This document shows positions 10,082 to 18,739 of a stretch of DNA of 64,000 nt, in pieces. Position numbers and translations under genes: made by a program. The notes under the pieces were generated by a model, which was not told the DNA's origin, ran no database searches, and saw only the letters and a program-made list of their open reading frames with translations. This DNA comes from Candidatus Amesbacteria bacterium (GTDB lineage: Bacteria; Patescibacteriota; Microgenomatia; CAZETR01; Amesbacteraceae). How positions within the stretch are numbered: position 1 is the stretch's first letter; every line of letters begins with the position of its first letter. The stretch is from the NCBI GenBank assembly GCA_963736875.1, contig CAVTQH010000002.1, forward strand, positions 5,294 through 69,293, read 5' to 3'.

Positions 10082-10615
10082 TTAAATCGAATTATTGTCT
10101 CCCTTGGCCAGCTCTTCTCTGATTTTTCTCACGCATTCTTCAGGTGACAAATTTACGGTATCCAGTTCTATGGCTCCCGGATAATATGTACTTTCCAGTT
10201 GCTCATAGATATTCTTTATAGCTTCATCCCCCATCGGCTTCCGGCATCCCTCTTTAATCCCCGGCCTGTTCCTGTCTCTCTCCTGCAGCACCTCCAACGG
10301 GCATTTAATCTGAAATACCTTGGCCTTGATTCCTCTTTTCCCTGCTTCCTCTGCGGCTAGCGGAATGATAAACGGGTCAAAAAATATCTTTTCCATTACT
10401 GCGGAGAACCCCCTGTCCAACAGATAAGTCAGTGTCGCCAGCGCTGCCTCATCAACATACTTTTGTTCAGCCAGGGTCGCCTCAGCCGCAAAAAATTCCT
10501 TGAAGTTGTCTACTTTAAGCCACACCGTCTTCTCATCAAAATTCCTTATTAGTTTGGCTATTGTTGTCTTGCCGCTCGCCGGTGCCCCTCTGATTATTAC
10601 CAAGAACTGTTCCAC
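10082..10615 (-). CDS. P-loop kinase (AAA_33 / zeta-toxin-like small kinase family)
   Basis: Walker A GAPASGKTT near the N-terminus; ~175-aa size typical of small nucleotide/metabolite kinases. Confidence 0.5.
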   Translation of the reverse strand: MEQFLVIIRGAPASGKTTIAKLIRNFDEKTVWLKVDNFKEFFAAEATLAEQKYVDEAALATLTYLLDRGFSAVMEKIFFDPFIIPLAAEEAGKRGIKAKVFQIKCPLEVLQERDRNRPGIKEGCRKPMGDEAIKNIYEQLESTYYPGAIELDTVNLSPEECVRKIREELAKGDNNSI

Positions 10616-10660
10616 AGTAAAATTCTACCATTTGCACAGTGTCTTAAATATTAACCGATT

Positions 10661-10966
10661 CTAAATCAGACCGGAAAAAAGTAGAATCAAGACCACTGCG
10701 GTAATAGCTGCGAAGATACCCACGGTTTTAACAAACAGGTTTACCGCGTCTTTTTTCTCTCCTTCGATAAAAAGCTGAAGCGGTTGATAAAAAAACAGAT
10801 ATGCCATGACTGCAACAGACAGGGTAAGGACAAATAAAACTGTGACCGGAGCGAAAAATGTATCGGGTTTGTTCTTTAAAGGTTGCGTCACAAAAGTCAT
10901 AACAGCAACAACAAGGATTATGTAAGCTGAAGCGCTAAAAGCATTAATAATAGGATTCCTGGACAT
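10661..10966 (-). CDS. small membrane protein (3 TM)
   Basis: 101-aa hydrophobic ORF downstream of arsM on the same strand. Confidence 0.35.
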   Translation of the reverse strand: MSRNPIINAFSASAYIILVVAVMTFVTQPLKNKPDTFFAPVTVLFVLTLSVAVMAYLFFYQPLQLFIEGEKKDAVNLFVKTVGIFAAITAVVLILLFSGLI

Positions 10967-11129
10967 ATGTTAATTATATCAATTGGCTCCCAAACCCAAG
11001 TTTCAATATATCTCCAACTTCATTGGTGATATATCCGTCTGAGACGGCTATAAACGAAAGTATTGAGAGATTAATCTTAATTATTAAGGATTTGGCCTCC
11101 TTCGGTCCCCTATCTCCCGTCGGCTTGAA

Positions 11130-11870
11130 TTATGAAACCGCTTTTATGGCAGAGTAAGTAATACTTTCTGAATACCCTTCCAGAAATCCGGGAGTTTCTT
11201 TATGAATATCCATATCCTTAAATCCGGCCTGTTTTATCAGACTTAGATACTCATCTTTCATAATTGCCCCGCTTACACAGGCAGACAGCATCTCTTCATT
11301 ATTTCTGATTTCCTCCGGCAGGGGTTTGGTTAATACTGTATCCGAAACCATCATCCTTCCCCCCGGCTTCAACACCCGGTAAATCTCTGCGAACACTTTT
11401 TTCTTATCCGGAGCCAAGTTAATCACGCAGTTGGAAATCACCACATCTGCTGAATTATCAGGAAGCGGCAAGTCTTCTATGTCTCCCTGCTTAAACTCCA
11501 CATTTGTAAATCCTGCCTTTTTGGCATTTTCGCGGGCTTTAGCGAGCATTTCATCAGTCATATCGATGCCGATTACCTTTCCTTTTTTGCCAACTCTCGG
11601 TGAAGCTAGGAAAGCATCAAATCCTGCCCCCGACCCCAAATCCACTACTACTTCCCCTTCTTTTAGTGAAGCGATGGCCACCGGATTTCCGCAGCCCAAT
11701 CCCATATTCGCCCCAACCGGAGCATTTTCTATTTCTTCCTGGCTGTAACCGATCTGTTTAGTCTGTCTTTGGATAGCTTGGTTTGAGCAACTGCAATTAC
11801 ATCCGCAGCCTCCCGCAGCTTTGGCTATTTCCGCATATGATTTCTTTACAACTTCTTTTATCTGTTTCAT
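11130..11870 (-). CDS. arsM: arsenite S-adenosylmethionine methyltransferase
   Basis: Cys-rich N-terminus ([10 protein letters not shown]), MGLGCGNP, class I SAM MTase motif [10 protein letters not shown], then [10 protein letters not shown]...GRMMVSD. Overall ArsM-like layout. Start re-chosen at MKQIKE (ATG at 11868-11870). Confidence 0.65.
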   Translation of the reverse strand: MKQIKEVVKKSYAEIAKAAGGCGCNCSCSNQAIQRQTKQIGYSQEEIENAPVGANMGLGCGNPVAIASLKEGEVVVDLGSGAGFDAFLASPRVGKKGKVIGIDMTDEMLAKARENAKKAGFTNVEFKQGDIEDLPLPDNSADVVISNCVINLAPDKKKVFAEIYRVLKPGGRMMVSDTVLTKPLPEEIRNNEEMLSACVSGAIMKDEYLSLIKQAGFKDMDIHKETPGFLEGYSESITYSAIKAVS

Positions 11871-12036
11871 CTCTGGCGAAACTATTATACATACAACCCC
11901 CTTAACCCGAATCATCAATCAAGATATATTTTGGAGCTCCATGGGTATCAAAATTAGTCTCAGCTTGCGCTGGTTGATAAAGATCGTACGAATTTATATG
12001 GATAACTTTATAAGTTATACTTGATCTACAGCTGTT

Positions 12037-13938
12037 ATGAAAAGCCGTCTTCTGCGCAATATTTTTATAGTCATTGTATTAACTCTCTCGGTTTCCGCCG
12101 GTGTATTCCTGGTCGGCCAGAAGACAAATTGGTTTGGTCTGGCTGCGGGGATTAATTTGGCAGTTAACCCGGACCAATGCCGTCAGGGTAAGGTATCTAC
12201 CGCTCCCCAAATCTGGGTTCAATGCACCACCCAACCGGCAAATTTAGGCTGGGTAAATGGTAATGCCGGAAGCAGTAATTCCCATTATCTCGAAGGTGAA
12301 TCCATAAGTTACCGGATAAACGTAAATGGTACAGGTATGTCCGGCCACAAAATCAGGTTAATAATAGGTTATGAAACCACTAAAAGTTCCAGGCGGGCGA
12401 TAGACTATCTTACCTCAAATAACCGTTGGCAGACGCCGGAAACAAATTCCTCGGCTTTTCCTGATCTTCCCTGTAATGGTATTTCCGGTTGTTTCGACCC
12501 GCCTGTTTTAACAACGATACCTCCTCCACCGGGTAATATCAGTGTTGATCCCTCTAAAAGCACCACCAATTCAAACACTCTCGCTCCCTGTATTGGAGGG
12601 TCCGGAATTCTGCAACCGGCAACCAGCTTTAATACTCTGCCTCCGGATGAAAGGAAAATGGCTTTTTATGGCATTGGCGGAACTCCGTCTTTGTCCTATT
12701 ACGGTCCGTCTACAGACTGGTCAAAAACTTTCGACCAGACTCAAAAAATGCAGATTGAATTCTTAGCAAACACAGATGTGGTCGTACTTGCCTTTGGAGG
12801 ACATATTGCTAATCGTTTGGATTGGGGATGCGCTAACGGAGCACAGTCGGCAGGAGGTATTTCCGGTTCACCTTATCATTTACACACTTACGAACTGGCA
12901 ATAGATGCCAATAATAATGGTTCATTCGACGATGCCGGTGAGACCCAGTCCATCGGCAATCAGGATCTGCAGCTTTCCGCTGACGCGGTTGTGGTAATTC
13001 CGGAACCTACACCTGTACCGACTTTGCCCGCAGAACCAACTCCCACAGTAACCAATACCCCTGGCCCTACCCCGACACCCACAAGGACTCCTACACCAAC
13101 CCAAACTCCTTCCCCTACCCCCACTCCGACACCACTTCCGGGTTCCACTCCGGTACCCACCACCACTCCCGTCCCTACTTCCACCCCTACTTCTACTCCC
13201 ACACCAACCCGAACTCCTACTCCTACACCAACTCAGACTCCCACCCCGACACCAACCCCGACTCCTACCCCCAGTCCCCGTCCGCCCGATGCCGCCGCTC
13301 CGCCCAACCGGTGCAACGGTTCATGCACAACAGACACCAATTGTGATTATGGTGAAGACGGCACCAAACTGATTTGTGTAAACCGTCTCTGCCGTCATCC
13401 TTCATGCTCGGATCAGGAGTCCTGCCACTGTCCTCCGGGCTGGCCCGCCACCACCCCGCTCCCGACCCCGGTACCGGTTGCTTCTACCGTCACCGGCTGT
13501 ATCGGCGACCGTATATTAAACGACATTAATAGAAATGGAATACAGGATCAGGGCGAAACCGGCCTGGGCGGAATCAAAGTGGAATGCTATTCTGCCGACA
13601 ATAAACTGGTGTCTTCCGCCGTAACCGATAGCCGCGGTTACTACAAGATCTGCGGCTTAACCCCCGGGGATTACACCGTCAAATTCAATTTACCTGCCGG
13701 CTACACCTTTAGCCCTGCGCTTTCCGGAACTGACCGTACATTAGATTCCGACCCTTCCCCCTCTACCTCAATTACAACCCGCGTCCAGGTTTTAGGCGGC
13801 TCCACCGTCTTGGACATTGACGCTTTAGCTTACCGGGAAGCGGAAACCACTCTTCCCTCCTCCGGCACAGTCTGGCCGACTTTATTGGTAGTATTTTCAG
13901 GCTTGCTGCTTATCCTTTTAGGGCTTGTCCTTATCTAA
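12037..13938 (+). CDS. secreted/cell-surface protein with PT-rich linker, SdrD-B/Cna-B-like domain and C-terminal sorting-signal-like tail
   Basis: N-terminal signal/TM. Pro-Thr repeat linker ([15 protein letters not shown]...). [23 protein letters not shown]...[24 protein letters not shown] is SD-repeat B-like. Ends with TLPSSG plus a hydrophobic tail. Confidence 0.6.
   Translation: MKSRLLRNIFIVIVLTLSVSAGVFLVGQKTNWFGLAAGINLAVNPDQCRQGKVSTAPQIWVQCTTQPANLGWVNGNAGSSNSHYLEGESISYRINVNGTGMSGHKIRLIIGYETTKSSRRAIDYLTSNNRWQTPETNSSAFPDLPCNGISGCFDPPVLTTIPPPPGNISVDPSKSTTNSNTLAPCIGGSGILQPATSFNTLPPDERKMAFYGIGGTPSLSYYGPSTDWSKTFDQTQKMQIEFLANTDVVVLAFGGHIANRLDWGCANGAQSAGGISGSPYHLHTYELAIDANNNGSFDDAGETQSIGNQDLQLSADAVVVIPEPTPVPTLPAEPTPTVTNTPGPTPTPTRTPTPTQTPSPTPTPTPLPGSTPVPTTTPVPTSTPTSTPTPTRTPTPTPTQTPTPTPTPTPTPSPRPPDAAAPPNRCNGSCTTDTNCDYGEDGTKLICVNRLCRHPSCSDQESCHCPPGWPATTPLPTPVPVASTVTGCIGDRILNDINRNGIQDQGETGLGGIKVECYSADNKLVSSAVTDSRGYYKICGLTPGDYTVKFNLPAGYTFSPALSGTDRTLDSDPSPSTSITTRVQVLGGSTVLDIDALAYREAETTLPSSGTVWPTLLVVFSGLLLILLGLVLI
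13010..13290 (+). repeat. low-complexity codon repeat (Pro-Thr linker)
   Basis: Reiterated ccnac/acncc codons encoding the PTPT linker; antisense ORFs here (GVGV-rich) are artefacts. Confidence 0.8.
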
Positions 13939-13972
13939 CTATATACTTGATACAGTTATTCCAGGCTAATAG

Positions 13973-14002
13973 TTTGCTCGCCCAAATGGACAGATTTCGA
14001 AC
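13973..14002. repeat. 30-bp direct repeat copy 1 (tttgctcgcccaaatggacagatttcgaac)
   Basis: Repeated with one mismatch at 14601-14630. A partial third copy (cagatttcgaact...ccaccc.gacag) lies at ~14406-14437. Confidence 0.8.
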
Positions 14003-14036
14003 TGTAGCTCCACCCGACAGACAAAGACAAAACTTA

Positions 14037-14345
14037 CTACATACCCCGACGTTTATTTAGCATATGTTGCACGGAAGGGCTTATCGGCTTATCCGTGCGA
14101 TGAATACAGCCCAGCCAGCAACACGGCCGGCGTATCCCTTCCTTGAGTTCACTGGTCGTCCTTTCAACATGCTCCTTTCTCGTCTCATCTTTCTTGACGA
14201 AGGTAATCCAGCAAATCCACTCATTGCGTGCAAGAGGTGTAAGATCCTCCCACACTGCTAGTGCCTTGGGGTCAGAAGTCAATGCTTCCCGTAAATCCGC
14301 CGGAACTTTGTGTACTACACCACTGGAAATTGCCTTATTAACCAT
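14037..14345 (-). CDS. YdeI/OmdA (DUF1905-like) family protein
   Basis: VPADLREALTSDPKALAVWEDLTPLARNEWICWITFVKKDETRKEHVERT matches the YdeI/OmpD-associated family pattern. Confidence 0.55.
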   Translation of the reverse strand: MVNKAISSGVVHKVPADLREALTSDPKALAVWEDLTPLARNEWICWITFVKKDETRKEHVERTTSELKEGIRRPCCWLGCIHRTDKPISPSVQHMLNKRRGM

Positions 14346-14600
14346 AGGATTATTTTATCAAATGAGGCTAGAATGTAGCGTTCGCTGGATTCTCCAGATT
14401 TCGAACTTACCACCCCTGACAGAAAATACGAGAACCTGCTCTATTTCTTCTTTTGCGGGATAAAGTGAATAAACCAGAGGAACCAAAGTAACCAAAGTAG
14501 ATCTTTCCAATCTTGAGTAACAATACCTGGAATACCCAAGAAGCCAAGAAATCCCAAAAAACCCAGCATCCACTTATTTCTCATATTTTTATCATACCAC

Positions 14601-14630
14601 TTTGCTCGCTCAAATGGACAGATTTCGAAC
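14601..14630. repeat. 30-bp direct repeat copy 2
   Basis: tttgctcgctcaaatggacagatttcgaac; flanks the YdeI-like gene together with copy 1. Confidence 0.8.
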
Positions 14631-14843
14631 CTTTGACTTGTTACAGGTCTTTCAGGTTACTATTTCTGTCGTACTTAATTCTTCAAGTTTGGCAAGCAGT
14701 TCCTCTTTTGTATAGCTGGAGGTACCTATTTGCTTGTTTTCAAAAACTCTCAGACCCTCAATGATTCTCCTGGACATAAATTGCTTCACTAGTTCTCAAA
14801 TTTCTGATTTTTATTTCATTTTCCTCAAAGGTTTTTGATATTA

Positions 14844-15167
14844 TCACCAGCTGTGCATACAGAAGATGTCCGTGTTAATAAAGATGTTGGAAATATCTTT
14901 AATATCAACACTATGCACTTCAGATGAAAGCAGGTGTCGGTTTATTATAGTTATTCTTCCCTCTTCTACATTAATGATGTCAGGAAAAAAATCAAAAGGA
15001 AGTGCATGGGAGGATATACTCACCAGTATTCTGTTGGATCTTTTAACCAAACTGGCAACTGTTCTGTCGTCCTGCCTTTGTTGTTTATTAGCCGTTTGAG
15101 TCTCCTGTTCAATTTTACTTGCCAGGGAAGTGTGACTTTCCTCCTTTTTATCGAGTAAGTCATCCAC
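14844..15167 (-). CDS. hypothetical protein
   Basis: 107-aa ORF, no motif recognised. Confidence 0.25.
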   Translation of the reverse strand: MDDLLDKKEESHTSLASKIEQETQTANKQQRQDDRTVASLVKRSNRILVSISSHALPFDFFPDIINVEEGRITIINRHLLSSEVHSVDIKDISNIFINTDIFCMHSW

Positions 15168-15397
15168 TTCACTGCTGCGTATACAGCTTCTCCGGCCAAA
15201 CGTTAACGCTCCCCTTTTGGTCTTTCATTTTATTATGCCTAAACCCAGAATCCCGACAATAATCAGGTAAACAGCTATCAGATAGTTAAGAAATTTCGGG
15301 AATATCAGGATTAATATCCCGAAGATCAATGAAGCCAAAGGGCTTAAACTTGTAGTTGAAAAATTCATGTGTTATCACCTCCTTAAAAAACAGCGGC

Positions 15398-15544
15398 GTT
15401 ATATCCTGATACCCAAAAGACGGGCAATCAGGATAATAGCTGCAATAACCAGCAGTAAATGGATTAATCCCCCACCAATTTTGAGAGAAAATCCTCCCAA
15501 CCAGGCAATAATTAATACAACAATTATGATGTCTAATAAACTCA
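15398..15544 (-). CDS. small membrane protein, lmo0937-like family
   Basis: ATG at 15542-15544 preceded by AGAGGGTGA RBS. 48 aa MSLLDIIIVVLIIAWLGGFSLKIGGGLIHLLLVIAAIILIARLLGIRI, matching the G-G-G-LIHLLLVIA pattern of lmo0937-type small membrane proteins. Below the 60-aa cutoff of the ORF track. Confidence 0.5.
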
Positions 15545-15590
15545 TATTCTTCACCCTCTTTCTTTATACCCTCCGGCCAAACACGGCAAA

Positions 15591-15989
15591 CTAACCTGAT
15601 TGCTGCTTTTCACCGGAGAATATTCGTAATAGCTTAACAATCCCCCAACCCAATACTGCGTACACAATAATTGCTACCAGTGTTGACGGCTCAAGGACCG
15701 AAGTTGTTTCAATTCCCTGGGTAAATCCCCTCCGGAATATTCCTTCAAAAGGTAAGATAAAAACTCCTGTTAAGCCATAGATTAGCCCTACAAAGCTGCT
15801 GGCAACGCTCGCTCCCGTCAGCTTAAGTACCAGACGGAAAGCCAGAAGTATTTCCAGCACCCCAAGCAAAAAATAGACTAAATATTCAATCGTTTGGGTA
15901 CTGGTGGCCGGCCTTTCGGTTTTAGTGGTTACCGTGGCTTTCGGACCTTCGTTTTGAGTTGTTACAGCTTCTTTTACAATTTCTGCCAT
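15591..15989 (-). CDS. YggT-like small membrane protein
   Basis: Two TM segments with LTGVFILPFEGIFRRG resembling the YggT (PxRR) motif. Confidence 0.35.
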   Translation of the reverse strand: MAEIVKEAVTTQNEGPKATVTTKTERPATSTQTIEYLVYFLLGVLEILLAFRLVLKLTGASVASSFVGLIYGLTGVFILPFEGIFRRGFTQGIETTSVLEPSTLVAIIVYAVLGWGIVKLLRIFSGEKQQSG

Positions 15990-16293
15990 ATTTATTCACT
16001 TCCTCTCAAATTTCTACTTTCCTAATAATTGTTTCTTTGGGTAAATACTTAATTAAAGCCCTTTCTACCAAGGTGGTTAAACTGAGTCCCTCAACTACTG
16101 CTTGCGCTCTTTGCTTGTATGGAAATAGCCGGGTTGATAAAAAGCGTTAATCGTTGTTTACCAATGGTTGTCATACTACATATAGTATAACTAGTTATAG
16201 TATTTGTCAAGTTACAATTCTGAGCTGCTCCCCATAGAGCTAGGAGGGATTACCGAACATCCAAACTTGTCTTTAATGTAATATAATCAGACT

Positions 16294-16638
16294 GTGCTTG
16301 TTATCATTTTTCTGCTAATTTTTGGTTCCGGAGTGGCTTACCTGGCTCTTCAAAACACATCACACGTAACTTTTACCGTTTTCAGCTACACTTTCTCAGA
16401 TGTGCCATTGTTTTCTGTAATAATCGGCTCCGTATTGGTGGGAGCTCTGATGGTTTATATAATCCATTTGATAAATTCAATCTCCACGGCTTTTACAATT
16501 CATGGCAAGAATAAAAAAATTAAGGAATCGGAAAAAAATGTGACAGAACTGACAAAAAATGTCCACCAGTTGGAACTGGAAAATGAAGCCTTAAAAAAAG
16601 GCGATCCGTCAGCCGCTACTGACGACAAATCTTTGTGA
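16294..16638 (+). CDS. LapA/DUF1049-like membrane protein with C-terminal coiled coil
   Basis: Two N-terminal TM helices followed by a charged coiled-coil segment (VTELTKNVHQLELENEALKK). Confidence 0.4.
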   Translation: MLVIIFLLIFGSGVAYLALQNTSHVTFTVFSYTFSDVPLFSVIIGSVLVGALMVYIIHLINSISTAFTIHGKNKKIKESEKNVTELTKNVHQLELENEALKKGDPSAATDDKSL

Positions 16639-17186
16639 AACCAATCCTTGCCAAACTCTGGCGATTTCTGCGCCTTCCCAAGAACTTTCAGCTTCTGATT
16701 ATGCGCCTCATCCAAGATCAGTTTCTTATCGGCGTTACAGGAATAATTTTTAATGATAAACAGGAAATATTGGTGTTTAAACATTCCTATCGGCAAACTG
16801 TCTGGAGTCTGCCGGGAGGATATCTTAAATCCAAAGAGCACCCCCAAGAAGGTCTGGAAAGAGAGATCGATGAAGAATCGGGGTTAGTAGTGAGTGTAGA
16901 CCAACAGTTAAAAACCCGTACTGATAGAGATTCTGCCAGATTGGATATGTGCTACATTGGCAAATTTATCGGTGGCAAGTTTACTCCAAGTCACGAGGTC
17001 ACTGAACATGGGTTTTTCTCCTTTGACAACCTCCCTTTAATTCCGAAAAATCAACTTTACTTAATTGAGTTGGCTATTAACCAAAAAAACAACTTGGCGG
17101 AGAAAACCACTTATACGGTGGATAGACCAAATTCTTTTATTTCCAGACTAAAATTTCTAATTGGCACGGGGTCAAGTAAGAAATAA
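16635..17186 (+). CDS. NUDIX hydrolase
   Basis: Nudix box GGYLKSKEHPQEGLEREIDEESGL (GX5EX7REUXEEXGU). GTG start overlapping the preceding stop. Confidence 0.8.
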   Translation: MKPILAKLWRFLRLPKNFQLLIMRLIQDQFLIGVTGIIFNDKQEILVFKHSYRQTVWSLPGGYLKSKEHPQEGLEREIDEESGLVVSVDQQLKTRTDRDSARLDMCYIGKFIGGKFTPSHEVTEHGFFSFDNLPLIPKNQLYLIELAINQKNNLAEKTTYTVDRPNSFISRLKFLIGTGSSKK

Positions 17187-17332
17187 TAGGTCTCTGTGTT
17201 ATTGGCTCGCCGGATGGGACGATTACCGAAAAGCTGACTGGCTAACAATCATTGACCGCCCCGATTCCCTACTCCAACAAACCAGACCACTTCTATCCAT
17301 CTAGCCCCATCAATACTTCGAATGATTTATGT

Positions 17333-17797
17333 CTAGCTTCCTTTTCCCGATAATCGTCTGAAAAATTTCCCTATAGAACCATTACTTTTAAGTTTATTAT
17401 GTGAACCTTCAGGGTCAAAGCCCACACTCATAAGTTCCACCCCCGAATCTTCAAAACCTGACACATAAACTAAAATCTCCGTTTGCAGCTCCGAAATCCT
17501 GGCCAATATTGTACCTTCCATCTCTTCCCGTCTTCTTCCCCTAGCCTCATCTTGCACCACCCCCAACATACCCATAGGCAATAATACCCCAATACACTTA
17601 CTTAAAATTTCATTATCTTCTGGATCTATTCTTTGAGCAGAATCTTTTGTAATTAATCCTGGTAAGTCCGTCGCAGGTAAAGCGTATTTTATTCTTACCT
17701 GGTCAACAATACCTCTAATCTCCGCCAGTCGTTTATCTACCTCCCCTATACTTAATTCTTCCCCATATTCCAATGTTTTTGGTCCCTTTTCTGCCAT
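17333..17797 (-). CDS. hypothetical protein
   Basis: 154-aa soluble ORF directly downstream of the intron-containing tRNA on the same strand. Confidence 0.3.
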   Translation of the reverse strand: MAEKGPKTLEYGEELSIGEVDKRLAEIRGIVDQVRIKYALPATDLPGLITKDSAQRIDPEDNEILSKCIGVLLPMGMLGVVQDEARGRRREEMEGTILARISELQTEILVYVSGFEDSGVELMSVGFDPEGSHNKLKSNGSIGKFFRRLSGKGS

Positions 17798-17847
17798 GAC
17801 GGAATTATAAACTAAAAGTTCAAAAGTTTCAACTATAGGCCTATTTG

Positions 17848-18120
17848 CTCCCCCGCAGGGATTCGAACCCCGAACCTTGTCGTTACAGAAATCCTCTTGT
17901 TACCAAAAGGTCTGGACTATCTCATGTCCGACGCAAATCGGACCCAGGTATATAGTCTCTACACATTTAGCCCAATTCACATCGGACATTTAGCTCGGGA
18001 TTTTCCTTCGAAGTTTGAGTCAAGAAGGGGTTCCCCGAATTAGCCTGGTTTTTCAATCCCGATTGCTCGGGAAAGCTGCCTCTCCGACAGCGACCTGCTC
18101 TACCGTTGAGCTACAGGGGA
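17848..18120 (-). tRNA. tRNA-Asn(GUU) interrupted by a ~201-nt group I intron in the anticodon loop
   Basis: On the minus strand, 5' exon 18120-18087 = TCCCCTG TA GCTCAACGGTAGAGC A GGTCG CTGT. 3' exon 17885-17848 = TAA CGACA AGGTT CGGGG TTCGAAT CCCTG CGGGGGA G. The 7-bp acceptor stem is complementary across 273 nt. Spliced product is 72 nt with anticodon loop CUGUUAA. Confidence 0.75.
17886..18086 (-). ncRNA. group I intron (no ORF) within tRNA-Asn
   Basis: 5' exon ends in U that can pair with G of an intronic GCAGC guide (P1 gcugu/gcagc). Intron ends in G (...ttctg). P/Q/R/S-like core elements attcggggaa / aatcccgagc / gtagagactata / gagatagtccag, with GACTA:TAGTC pairing (P7). Confidence 0.65.
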
Positions 18121-18173
18121 ATGTTAATGAACCTACACATTATAAAACAGATGATCCTGAAACGGGAGTACTT

Positions 18174-18533
18174 CTACCTTCTCTCCAGCGATTCCAAAAA
18201 CCAATTCACGAGCCACAAAACCACCGAAAACAGAAAAGCTGACCAAAAAGACACTATGTCAAATCCCGGCACAATCGCAGCTGTCAGAAGCACCATTAAC
18301 GTATTTATCACCAGGGTAAACAATCCCAGGGTCAGAATATTAATGGGAATTGTTAATAAAAGTAATATCGGCCTCAAAACACTGTTCAGTATCCCCAAAA
18401 CTATGGCTACCGCCACCGCGCTCCATACCCCGGACATCTCCACCCCGGGCACTACATACGCAGCTATCCCTACCGCTACCACTCTGATAATTAACTTTGT
18501 CAGTCCGCCCATATACTGGAGGCTATTGTACAT
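18174..18533 (-). CDS. phage-holin-family-4-like membrane protein
   Basis: [42 protein letters not shown] matches the Phage_holin_4_2 consensus (RPIL..LT.P...LTLGLF.LVINALML.L.A..VPGF). Confidence 0.5.
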   Translation of the reverse strand: MYNSLQYMGGLTKLIIRVVAVGIAAYVVPGVEMSGVWSAVAVAIVLGILNSVLRPILLLLTIPINILTLGLFTLVINTLMVLLTAAIVPGFDIVSFWSAFLFSVVLWLVNWFLESLERR

Positions 18534-18739
18534 TTTACCTTCTCCATTGTAAATTTATCCTCATGCGCATCCTGGTTACCGGCGGTGCCGGTTATATCGG
18601 TTCCCACATGACCCGCCTGCTGGTAAAGACAGGCCACACCCCGGTTGTTTTGGATAGTCTGGAATTCGGTCACAGGCAGGCTCTCCTCTCCTTCTGTAAT
18701 ACTCTATGTCTGGTAATGTCGGCGACAAAAAAATATTAA
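18497..18739 (+). CDS. galE: UDP-glucose 4-epimerase, N-terminal Rossmann fragment (frameshifted)
   Basis: [41 protein letters not shown] is a GalE N-terminus; reading degenerates after ~aa 62 and the frame switches to the next ORF. Confidence 0.6.
   Translation: MSVRPYTGGYCTFYLLHCKFILMRILVTGGAGYIGSHMTRLLVKTGHTPVVLDSLEFGHRQALLSFCNTLCLVMSATKKY

Noticed and set aside
9043-10122. Plus-strand ORFs 9043..9459, 9224..9514, 9387..9620 and 9670..10122
   Set aside because: Antisense to the zinc-ribbon and Excalibur genes, which have strong motif support; no features of their own.
12922-13202. GVGV-rich minus-strand ORFs within the PT linker
   Set aside because: Reverse-complement translation of the Pro-Thr codon repeat; an artefact of low-complexity DNA.
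13973-14640. tRNA or tRNA-fragment call for the 30-bp repeats (T-loop-like GTTCGAAATC on the reverse strand)
   Set aside because: No acceptor/T-stem pairing or full cloverleaf could be formed around either copy; kept only as a dispersed direct repeat.
15398-15545. Possibility that TGA is read as an amino acid (genetic code 25) to extend small ORFs
   Set aside because: TGA is used as the stop of well-supported genes here (e.g. 56797-56799 ending the VirB4-N ORF with an ATGA overlap, and the ATGA at the smpB junction), so standard code 11 fits.
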